Shown here: piece by piece, positions 23,901 through 35,163 of the stretch | Layout: each line of letters begins with the position of its first letter | How positions within the stretch are numbered: the first letter of the stretch is position 1 | Assembly: GCF_021869535.1 (NCBI RefSeq) | Contig: NW_026262675.1 | Span: 3,968,001 to 4,032,000, forward strand | Source: Mytilus californianus | Lineage: Eukaryota | Length of the DNA stretch: 64,000 nucleotides | Direction: 5' to 3' | Program-made: the position numbers and the translations under genes | The notes under the pieces: generated by a model | Databases searched by the model: none | What the model was told of the DNA's origin: nothing | What the model saw: only the letters and a program-made list of their open reading frames with translations

Positions 23901-26900
23901 CCTCCTACAAAATAGAAATCATACATTTTCTATAAAGTTTATCTTAACAAGAGTACACACACTGAAATGTCTCGCCTGTTTTACTTATGATTGAATTCAT
24001 GTTGAAAGTCTGTAATACGAAGGTTTTACTACAAGTATCACATAAAATTAACATTATCAATGATTCATGAAAATGAAGTCACAGTCAGATGAGACATGCA
24101 CACCTAATGATCTTTCCATACACCAAATATAGTGGTCCTATCGCTTATGGTACCTGAGAAACAGATCAAACCACAAAATTTTAAAATTGACCTATGAACC
24201 ATGAAAATGAGATCAAGGTATTATGAACCTTGCCAGACAGACATGTACACCTTACAAGGTATGAAATAATTCTGTCAAGTTTCATTTGATTGTAAACTTT
24301 GAAATATGTTTAACATAATCAATCTAAAAGACAATAGAATAATGATCTGTCATCAAAATTGTATGCTGATCACATGCCATTCTTGTAGTTACAAGTCGTC
24401 TGAGAAATACCCTTTTTACATCGCATGACCGTGAGGGCATTCTGGTATATTGTTGCCACGTGACTTTCGTTTTTGACTGATAACTGAACGCAAAATAACA
24501 TTCTTTATCGCTTGTTATATATCAATTTCATCAATAAATATTCATGAAAATAATTTTTAAGAACATAGATAAATGATATGAAAATGTTTTGTCGTGAGAA
24601 ATATATATATCAATAACAAATCAAGAATACCGAAAATTTGTGTTAACGCATGTGGAAGAATATCTCAAAAACGTTTTGCGTGAAAATATGAACACCTACT
24701 CAAATCCAATCTATTAGAAAAATCGAAATTATTACAGAAGAGTGTCCACCATGCACTTGCACTGCACTATTATTAGAATAGTAGAATAGAATGATATACA
24801 AATGGATGAAAATTATATATACATGTAACTGTTATATACAAATATTAATATAATATATAACAACAAACCAGAGTATACTGATTTGTATCACTACAATATA
24901 ATAGTTATTACAGTGAGGTTGAATTCCGTGTCATTTATTCATCATCCATGCACGAACTTGTCTCAGAAAAAATATATCTATGTACCTTAACCTCACTTTA
25001 AGGATTAGAGATCAGTGTTCCAGCTAGGATTTGAAAATAAAGGGGCGCGTTTTTAAAAAAGGGCACTTTAGCGCGTTCTCACTGAAAAAAATCAAATACT
25101 TTTAATATTACCACATAATGACATATTTTTAGCAAGCATGTAGCTATGTTAAATACTCTATACTATCATATACAAGTTTAAAAATCATTTATTTAGAACA
25201 TATAAGTTAAAATCAAACTGAGAGCACTAACAGTCATTACTATATTCATTTCTCTTTCAGAACTACAGATTTTTTCAAAAGAAGAGTTCAAATGCAAATA
25301 AATATTAAACAACATTGACAAATATTCTGTTTTTCTCTTTGAAGAAGGTTGTCACACATTGATCAAGATTTTTTTCAAATTTAGTTTCATCACAGTTTAA
25401 TTTTGCAGTTAATATTTTTGTTAATGTCTGTGTTTTCAAGTTTGCCCTGTGACTTGTCTTTATCAATTTGACCTGAGAGAATTTTCTCTCCACCTCTGCT
25501 GTACTGAGTGGTTGTATTATTGCAACACTGAATAGTTTTGCAACAAGAGGGTACATAGATAATAGATTTTTATCCTTATGACAAGGTGAATGAAATAGCT
25601 CTAGCAGACTAGGTAAGGAACGATCTGTAAGTTCTGCTGATGACACAAGAGCTATAAAGTCCTGCCATTGAATAAGGAGAGTTTCAGGGTCCATGTCAAA
25701 TGTATTTGCCAGAGCTTCTATCTCTGTATAACCATACATTATTTCAATGTTGTCTGTTCCTGTAAGGTCTGAAATGGCCAACTGATCGATTGTGTCAGCC
25801 TCCCTAACTAACTTATATATTTCCAATTAATCCATTGAGAAAGCACGCTCTGACTTTAGTGTCAAAATCTACTGTATATTTCATGTTGAGCGTATCTAAT
25901 AATATCAATAAGTTTGTCAAAATGGATTTCAATAAGAAAATTGATACAAAAATCGGACTTTCGAGGGCTCCATAATCAGGCACAATAATAAATTAATTCA
26001 ACTTTGAAAGTTTATTATCAATTCAACAAGCATCTCCATATATTTCATGTTGAGCGTATCTAATAATATCAATATTAAAGTTAGTCAAAACGGATTTCAA
26101 TTCAAGAAAAATGATATAAAAATCGGACTTTCGAGTGCTCCGTAATCGGCGGAATTTACAATAGAAGAACAATTGCGATATCTGATAGAAACCTTAATTT
26201 CTTCTTCTCGATTTTTCATAAAAGTAAAGAATTAAATTATTTTTTTACCGTTGATGGTCATTATTCTTGAAAAAAAGATGTAATAGACTGGCAAGTCTTT
26301 GATATTTTCTTCTTGTCATTTTCGAGTTGGTCAATTTTTCTTTTTTTCGTTGGCATTTTGCGTGTTGACGATTTACATTGGAATGATTCTTTTTTAATGA
26401 ACGTTATTTTATAAATAACAAATACAATAGAAATGAACATCGTTCACATTTATTTTATAAATTCTATTTTGCATCGTCAGGTGTTAAAAAATCAATTCAT
26501 TTAACTTTGCTGTTTTGGTGCTTCAGGGCAAAGGGATTAGACAGGGTCGTAAATTTCACCTGATTAAGTAATTGACTAATCAAATAGGTGATTATATACA
26601 GGTAACAAGTGTCAACAATTTTAATCTGTTGTCTTAATGAAGTGTGTGTATAAAGAACTCAACAAAATGGCGACGATATGAGGAAAAAAGATCGTTTTTA
26701 AACTTTTTTCAAAAGAGCACAGAGGGGTGCATTAGAAGGGCAGAAGGGCAGAGGGGCGCTTAAAAAAGGCAGAGGGGCGCAAAATTTCGGGGGCGGGGCG
26801 CGGCGCCCCTCCATTTCATGCTAGCTGGAACACTGGAGATGTGATTTTTTTTTCTGAGACAAGTGCTTGTGACCATCCACAAGAACTTGCGGTCATCCGA

Positions 26901-29509
26901 AGTTCAGTACTTCAGTACTTTGATTACTCCTATTATTCATGTGCATATTTTCTATGAATATCAAAAATGATAAATACCTTAAATCTGTCAAAGTTTTCAA
27001 GATATTCTGGAAGATGTGACTGCAAAGTAAACACAAAAATAGATTAAAAAACAAAGATTACTGTCAATAAATATCCAAATAGCAGAACTTGGTCATAGGT
27101 TGCTTATTAAAAAAAAGAATGAATACACTTAAAAATGTTCACCTGCTTAACATATGATGACTGCACAATAACATGAAATTATTTTAAGGACAAACTGTAC
27201 TACAGGTATTATGAAAACTTACCACTGATCTATAATGGGATATTAACAAATATACATGTTTAACCCCGCCACATTCTTTGTGTGACTGTCCCAAGTCAGG
27301 AGCCTGTAGTTCAGTGGTTGTCGTTGGTTCATGTGTCATATTTGTTTTTTGTTAATTGTTTTATTATAAATTAGGCCGTTAGTTTTCTCAATTGAATTGT
27401 TTCACATTATTCATGTCAGGGCCTTTTATAGCCGACTATACGGTATGGGTTTTTCTCATTGTTGAAGGCTGTATGGTTGCCTATAATTGCTTACATCCAC
27501 TTTATTTGAACTTTGGTGGATAGTTGTCTCATTGGCAATCATACCTCATCTCCTTATTTTTATATAGGTATAAAGGACAATGCTTTTGCAACTTCTTAAA
27601 TTCAATTATAGATATTTTACTTTGTAAACTATATTGGTTATATATCATTTATATTTAATGAAAATTCATAGAACATGGATTCAAGAAATAAAGACTTAAA
27701 GTAAAGAACTTCTGAACTTTTTGCTATATTTAAATGCATATTCTAGATACATGTATATGTGCTACTATACTATAATATTTAATTTTCTATATCACAGAAG
27801 TATAAAAATAACAATTATCATTTCCAATTTTAATATGCAGTTCATCATGCTCTAGACAAACCAAGAATTTAATTGTAAAAAAATACAACTTATTTATGCA
27901 AAATTTGTAACTGAAACAATGAAATAAAATATCCTATGAAATAAAAATAAAAATTTTCCACAAACCATGAAAATTGGCATTGCCCAAAATCCATGACCCC
28001 ACAGTAGCTCTAATCTCCTTTCATGTCTGTCATAAAAAGTTGATTTCTGACAAAACTTTTAGCATTGTTCCTATTGAAATTTGCATTTTTTTGGTTTAGT
28101 TATAGAATACACTTTAGAAGGCCTTAATTTTAACAATGTCATTTTCCAGTTTTTAATTGTTAAATACAAAAAGAAAAAGAAAAATTCAATAGGAACAATG
28201 TTTAAAATTTTGTCAGAAATCAACTTTTAATGTCTGAATCACTGTTTACATTGAACAGATTGAAAAAGTATATATTATTGATATTGAATAAATACAACAT
28301 GTATCTCAATCTTCTTCATGTTTCCAATGAAGCCAATTAGCCTACCTGTAAATCTCCTTTGATTCATACGATGTACAAACCCAAGTGTAATTGCTACTGC
28401 TACGTTATGTGTTATTACCTTTGTACATCCAGGTGTAAATGCTCCAACTACCGAAAACAATACACCTCTTTTATTTTTAAACAATTCTTGGAGATTCACT
28501 TTTTTGTCTGGGGTATCTTCATACACAGAAACTATTGGTAACTTTTCTCCAATCTGGAAAAAAAATAATCATTTGGTATAGAACTAAATTTTTAAAATTA
28601 CAGTTTACTACAGTTAAATCTGCCATAAAGATCACCTTTAGTAAGCAAATACATGTCTTGTCAATTCACCCTTTTTTTGTCCAACTCTAATAATGCCACC
28701 TCTATTCAAAGGTTACCTTTCTTATAAGGTCAATTTTCTCTTGTACCAAGGTTGACCTTTTTATACTAGTTTGACTGTACTTGTACATATTTTGCAATAG
28801 TCTGTGACTGCATAATGGTCATGATATACCTCCCCACCCCCCCCAAAAAAAAGGAAAGGAAAGAAAAAAAAAAGAGATCTGATATACTAGTTGGACCCTG
28901 CTTCATGTTTAAGTACTTGTGTCCTAAGACTGGACGACTTTCAGTGATTTTCTTATGTCATATATCTTAAAGGTTTTGTGTTATTTGGAAAATAATTTCA
29001 GATTTATCTAGTCATGTTAGTCACAACATTTTTAAACTGCATGTAACATTGTATAGACATCTCTCTATTGTTGAAGTCTGTATGTTGATCTCTGGATGTC
29101 ATTTGGTCAGTCATGATGGCTTAATGTCTCAATGATGTACAAATGTATACATCACATCTCCTATTTTACATGTTAAATATTTATAAGGTCATACAAGTGG
29201 GGAAAGCTACACAATAGCCTTACTTGACCTCTTAACAATGCATTTGTCAAGCCAGGAATATGACAGTTGAATGATCTACATGTAAATATTGTATGAACCT
29301 TTGTTTAGATTTGTTTAGATTTTTTTAGAAATGTATTTTTGACAAACATCAAAAACTTTCACATATTTCATAAAATGTGATAATATTATTCTTATACATG
29401 TATGGAACTAAATATTTTCCAGAACTCTAATTTAAGATGACACAGAACTTTCACTTACAGTCATGACACTAGTAGCCAACAAACGAAGATAATAATCTAT
29501 CTGTGCCAT
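20941..29509 (-). CDS. PRDX5: Peroxiredoxin-5-like protein (divergent), 6 coding exons from the MAQ start, 183 aa
   Basis: GT-AG exons in consistent phase: 29459-29509 ([17 protein letters not shown]), 28419-28553 ([17 protein letters not shown]), 26978-27019 ([14 protein letters not shown]), 23815-23904 ([30 protein letters not shown]), 23241-23335 ([17 protein letters not shown]), 20941-21079 ([26 protein letters not shown]). Matches Prx5 motifs AFTPGC, SVNDPFV, LADP, catalytic R and GLxC. The first exon is less certain than the rest. Confidence 0.9.
21148..21409 (+). mobile_element. tRNA-derived SINE, full length with 14-bp TSD
   Basis: A-box-like GGCCGAGTGG and B-box GTTCGAACC (21219-21227). 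V-domain-like GGTTTTCTCCGGGCACTCC..CTTCCTCCACC. (AAATC)n tail. TSD AAATATACAACTGA at 21134-21147 and 21410-21423. Lies in the last PRDX5 intron. A decayed reverse relative is at ~18875-19075. Confidence 0.9.
22190..23092 (+). mobile_element. HINE-like element (AGCTCAC family), 5' end unclear
   Basis: Decayed GAGCAATAACTCC repeats. 3' CCAAGTGATGAGAAATGCTCACTTGGCCCTTTGGAACAGGTGAGCTGAAAAAA. Confidence 0.65.
23945..24260 (+). mobile_element. 5' fragment of a HINE-like element (TGTCTCGCC family)
   Basis: Starts AACAAGAGTACACACACTGAAATGTCTCGCC. No 3' hairpin was seen. Confidence 0.55.
25013..26835 (-). mobile_element. Internally deleted hAT transposon retaining the C-terminal dimerisation-domain coding region
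   Basis: Perfect 15-bp TIR CAGTGTTCCAGCTAG / CTAGCTGGAACACTG. Flanking direct repeat GAGAT (25008-25012, 26836-26840). ORF 25305-25826 contains [39 protein letters not shown], an hATC-like motif. Subterminal AGGGGCGC repeats. Confidence 0.85.
28611..28777. mobile_element. Tc1/mariner(pogo)-type MITE
   Basis: TA|CAGTTAAA...TTTGACTG|TA ends with a TA duplication. Confidence 0.55.
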
Positions 29510-32107
29510 TGTAAACTTAAAAATGTATAGTTCATGCATGTACATGTAGTTAAGAAATATACATACCATTGCATTTTTCTAGCTTACATGTAAGAGTTGC
29601 TTCAACTTTGCCGTAAAAAGTATACAGTAAAGACCTGCAAAGTCCATCTTAATTTTCAATTTTTAACTTTTAGATTTATATTTAGATTTTGTTTTTAAAC
29701 ATTGTATCTAACTTTTGCTAAGAACCACATTTTGAAATAAAAATCCACATAAAAAGTTAAAATGAACATGAAATGCAATTGTAAGGGTATTATACAATGT
29801 AGTCTTGTACCTGAATTATACATTCATTTGACAAGTGTGATGGTTAAATTAGAGATAATACTTGCATAATGTCCCTTTGGTATCTTTCGCCTCTCTTTTG
29901 TACTAACATCTGAAGTTATTGTTTCAAATATCTATCTTATCATGTATAATTCATTTTGCCTTCCCCAAGTAACCCAATATTCCTTAGGCACTGGCTACGA
30001 TTACGTTGAAATGTAACAATAATAAAAAAAGTTATTGTTACATTGGACACTAATTGCCGGAATGATTTGTTGGGTAAGGAACCTATTAATTACGAACGTA
30101 ACAATAACATTTGTGTCTACGGTTACGTTGCGTTATTGTTACATTAGATTTATTAAACTTTTAACCTACTATAGTTTAAAATGATACTAAAAGACAACAT
30201 AAAACAACATCTCATGTTTCCAACAAATATTTTGAATGAAAATATAAACATTTCAAGAATAAAAAAATATTTTTCACCTGAAGCATGGCAGACATTGAAA
30301 GTTGCTATAACTTCAAAAAGGGATATTGCACAGTGAAACTGTTTAGTCTGCAAAACCGACATGCACATTGCTGCATCACTCGTTTGTGATGGCTGCCTAG
30401 ACTAGTTTCACCAAAAATCCTTCGGACTAAAACATGCTCCCAAAAGCACATACTGGATGTGTAGAAGCTGTCATTGTAAATAAAATTAAAAATATGTATG
30501 CAATATTGTAGCATTGCAGTGTTTGCAAATAAAAGTTTTCAAGTTGTATTTTAATACATATTACTAGTCCCAACAAACTCTGAAGTGCATTAACGTAACA
30601 ATAACACAATGTAACTGTAGACACTAATTTTATTGTTAAGTTCGTAATTAATCGTTTTCTTACCAACATAGCATTCCGGCAATTAGTGTCAAATGTAACA
30701 ATAACTTCTTTTATTATTGTTACATTTTAACGTAATCATAGCCAGTGCCTATTCCTTATCAAATTCGGAGTTGAGAAAAAACAGCAATTTACAGGTAACA
30801 ACCAGTTACCTAAATGGGTTATCATAGCCCTTATGGGATATAAATATTCAGTGCAAAAATCTATGTCTTTTTTATTAAAGTTATCAAAAGATTCTGGTAG
30901 CAAATTTTGGATGGTAACACTTCCAGCAACTGAATTGATCCTTCTGAAAACCTACCACCTTCTGATGGATCAATCTAAATAACAAGACGGAATTCAGAAG
31001 AGTTGTTAAATTTTCATTAAAGGGCCTATGACTTAGCATTTACAGCACAGACACTTTGTCTCTGAAAAAAATTACCTATATACTTTTTTGGGTTCAAAAC
31101 AAAAACTTACACAACTATCAGAATTATGTATTACCATCAATGAAACATGTATTGAAAATGTCCATTCTTTCAAATTACTTGGAATTGACATTGATGAAAA
31201 TTTAAACTGGGAAGATCATGTTGATCGTATATGCAAGATTATCTCATCTAAAATATCACTTTTGTTTAAAATTAGAGTATGTTTGCCTATACACACAAGA
31301 CAACTATTTTATAATGCATATATTCTACCATTTATAGACTATTGTAGTTCAGTTTGGGGAAATTTATTACAAACACATTCAGATAGAATCATGAAACTTC
31401 AAAAAAGAGTAGCAAGAATTATACTTGAATGCGATATTTCTGTTCCTGGACCATCTAATTTTATGTTTTCATCTTTAAAATGGCTATCTTTTACACAAAG
31501 AATAAAATACCAACAATCAATTCTAATGTATGGACTAACACCTGATTACTTAGCAATGCTAAATATTAATGATGTGCAACACCACAACTTACGATCTGTC
31601 TCTAATAATGATCTATTTGTTCCAAGACCAAATACAAATTTTTATAAAAAATCTTTTCATTATTCTGCAACAAAGGTATGGAATAATTTACCACTCAAAA
31701 TAAAGAATTGTCGAAATGTGGAATTATTTAAGAAACATTGTTATAATCATTTTCTTGAAAATTCTATGCAAGTCGCATAATTTGTTTTCTTTCTTTTGTT
31801 GTAAGAATAAGAAAATTTAATCAAAACTTTACCAATTATTGCCATTTATTGCCATTTGTATGTTTGAATGATTGAATTGTGTATATACTAGTAATATATA
31901 TTGTATTTTAATGTATGAATGTATGAATGTTAACTGTATACATGTATTTTGTTTGAGGGCCTCAATGAAAATTAGACTACTTCTTATTGAGTAACCCTCT
32001 TTAAATAAAGAATTTATTATCATTATTATTATAATATAACACAAGGTACATGTACATGTACCTAACTTGTATATTTGAGAAATGTCATCCGGTCGCGAAA
32101 CTTCCAT
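29510..32107 (-). CDS. Putative additional 5' coding exons of PRDX5 (33-aa N-terminal extension)
   Basis: 32062-32107 (MEVSRPDDISQIYKL+G, donor GTACAT), 29588-29634 (TTTGCAG acceptor, GTAAGC donor) and 29510-29515 splice in frame without stops to MAQ. The exons could instead be 5' UTR. Confidence 0.4.
29987..30749. mobile_element. Mutator-like MITE with long TIRs and 9-bp TSD
   Basis: GGCACTGGCTACGATTACG.. / ..CGTAATCATAGCCAGTGCC. TIRs are ~160 bp. TSD TATTCCTTA at 29978-29986 and 30750-30758. A decayed terminus of the same family is at ~8920-9013. Confidence 0.88.
31060..32036 (+). mobile_element. 5'-truncated CR1/L2-group LINE (ORF2 C-terminus, 3' UTR, (ATT)n tail)
   Basis: ORF 31088-31780 has KLLGIDIDENLNWEDHVDRIC..FYNAYILPFIDYCSSVWG..KLQKRVARII..HNLRS..FHYSATKVWNNLP. 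AATAAA and an ATT-rich tail at ~32004-32035. Confidence 0.85.
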
Positions 32108-32209
32108 TATATTTAGATTCTGCCGTTGTCTATCCCACGCCTATTTCTATTGTGGGAATCATTTGTGTCAACCTCTTTCTCAAATATACGAGTTAGGTAC
32201 CTTGTGTTA
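32037..32209. repeat. Small inverted-repeat module (34-bp arms, 93-bp CpG-containing spacer)
   Basis: The right arm TTTCTCAAATATACGAGTTAGGTACCTTGTGTTA (32176-32209) matches the reverse complement of 32037-32082, which carries two extra ATGTAC units. Confidence 0.8.
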
Positions 32210-35163
32210 CATTCAAGTATGTAGGTAGACAAGTGCCTGTGCTTTACAGTTATGGCTTTGCGACAAAAGAGGAATAATTATATTTTAGTTTTATTCATTA
32301 CCAGTGACGGACAAATTCCTGGTTGTCATGCTTTCTCAGCACTAATTGATTTATTAATATCTTTTGAGTACGGAATATACACAGTTGTGACAAGGTTTAA
32401 ATATCGTCTTGGTACCTGTTTTGACGCGGACCAGAAATGACGCACCGATTTAGTTAACGGTTTTACATTTCTAAACAAAAGCCGTGACGTCATCAACATT
32501 TGCTGTACATAACATGATGTTGAAGGTCATCTGACTACAACAAAGATGCCTAAAACTCTGCCCAGAAATGTTATTATTGCTTAAAATATTAAAGACAATG
32601 CAATTTCCGCCATTTTATTAAGGTCAAAAAAATTCTACCCTTCCCCGAAAGATTATCAGTCCTATCTCCACTTTGGTCAAGAAAAGTAGGTAACCGTATG
32701 CTTCCCCATTTTGTGTTTTTCAAATCACGTGACTGTCATGTGACATGGTTTTACATTTAAGCGGGAATCACTGTAGAACAAATGATCGTCGCTTATATAA
32801 TTTTCTATGGTTTATTGATTTTTTTTCATTCAATGTATGAAGTATACATTGATAAATGTATTATTGTCAATGTTGTTTAATGAATGCAATTACTTTTTAT
32901 TTTCAAATATATGGAATATGTATATCACTTTCTTAAATTTTGAACAATTATATACCAAAATATAGGTTACATTTAAATTGATTAAAAATTTGGTGTTACA
33001 ATCATTATGATCATTAAAGTGAATGAAAATATCAAAAGTTGTTAATAAAATTGAATCTGTTGAACAGTTTTAATTTTAAAGAATCCGGATTGAAGCAATT
33101 TTTCGATTATCAGTTACGTGCAAGTGGTTTTTACTGGTTTGTTTACAGTGCGTCATTACTGGTACCCATCATTAGTTGGCAGTCCGTTTGTAATGTTAGC
33201 AAACATGAATTTTATTGCTATTACTGTTTCAAATATCAACTGTTTAATGATTGAAATATAATAACAAGTTACCAATCTTTTATTCCATTCCGTTTTTCTA
33301 ATTCTTTTAAATGGTAGATTAAATGCAGAGACAAAACAACCTTAGGTGCGTCATTACTGGTTCCTCGGGGATATAAAATGGTAAGAGTAATTTTTCAGAG
33401 ATGTACAGTGTACATTTTTCTACCTTGAACGACCGAAAAATATATTTTTGTGCACAGAATGTGAAGTGCTTTTGGAGAACTGAGTTGCAGCTTCTAAATA
33501 TCCATGCTGTCATCTTTTCAAAACAGTAAATGCTCAGCTGTTCATTTTATTCGTTTGCAAAAGGGAGATAATCCATTTTAAAATCTAATTCAAGATCCTT
33601 TGTTGGAAAAGACGAAAGTCAGTTCCGTATCACCTGAGACTACTATATATATGTGTTATAGTAGTCTCAGGTGTCACTCGGAAATACTACAATCAGTTAT
33701 TTCAAATACCACATGTAAGTCCGATTTGTGATTTGATTTTTTTCTGAAACAAAAAAGCAAATTACTAGTATTTGTGACATCCATTAGTCACTGCAATCTA
33801 CATGATCTAGTGGTTCCAGGTATCTAAGATACAACAGTTACACCACATGCAGGCATGTACTTGTCAGTCTCAGAATTTTTTTCCCCATACCTTAATATTA
33901 AGGTATATAGGGAAAACAAATTCTGAGACAAGTGCCTGTGAGTTACACCTGGAAATCAACTGAGTTGGGTGTCTATAGCTATATATTTCATAACGACTTT
34001 GGGAAAGGACAATTTTTAAAAGTCAAAATCCCTTATTTTTTGTTTTCTTTAAATTTGAATAATTTTCGTGATTTTCTGTGAAATTGAAAAAAGAAATAAA
34101 AAATAACGGAATGTGGAAAAGGAGGAGCGCAAAAGAAAAAATGTCCTGTCATCAAGTACCCATGAAACCACTTACTAAGTTTAGTTTATTTTGTTTTCCC
34201 GTGAGTTAACATGAAGCGATTACATATTTCATAAACCATTACTTTTTCCGATACACACGTACTGCTACACCAAACTGACAGATAGGACCAAAACTGTTAT
34301 CTACTACTACGTGTAATTAAAATAATAACACAGTTTAGCGTGTCACACGTTAACTTTATCAAAGTAAAATGATTTCTTAATTGTTGATTTTTTTTTTCTA
34401 TTCGCATACGCTTTAAAACCTTCTAAATTCAATAACTTATGTCATTGAATGCTAGGATTAACAATTTTTAGAATATATGCGAAGACGGTAAACTAATGTT
34501 TAATGACGGCTTAGCTTATCAACCATGTATAGTGACCATCGAACTTGCGGTGGTCATGTTGTGTGTTGAACATTTCGGATGAACCGGCCTTCTTTTCACG
34601 GCAATTGAAATTTTGTCGACTCGTAAGCATAGTCATTCACATCGCCCCAATACTTATAGAGCTTCTCTTTCTACATTTGAAGTTTGCAAACCGGCCTTTG
34701 AAGTCTGAAACTGACTATGTTTATCAGTCTATTATTTTAAAAGGCTGTGACGTCAACAAAATATTGCATTCACGGTTAGCATCCCGTTATTCACAGTTTT
34801 AAAATTTAAGAGTATTTTTTTCAGCTTTTTATAAAAATCCGAAATGTATTTCACTATTCCACTGCTTACGTGAATAAAAAAGTATGATAGTTAAGATAAT
34901 TTCACAATTAACATTCTTTTAGTATTTTTTATATGTAATACATATTTTTTTAGTTACTTATGCCAGCTGCAAGGGAGAATACACCTCTGTTTCTACCCTG
35001 AATTGTATAAACATTTTATCTCAATTTTAACAACTTTAAGTAACTTTATCAACTTGATTAAGATAACAGATAAATATTTGTCCTTGGCCACTGATAGAAG
35101 TATTACATGTATTATTAAGTAGGTCCTTTAACAACGACTTTGAGTAATACGTTCATATAGACC

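Noticed and set aside
26724-26756. G-quadruplex-like run of four G-tracts
   Set aside because: Explained as hAT subterminal AGGGGCGC repeats; there is no independent evidence of function.
31088-31780. 230-aa ORF as a host gene
   Set aside because: It matches LINE ORF2 C-terminal motifs, lacks an ATG and has a LINE tail.
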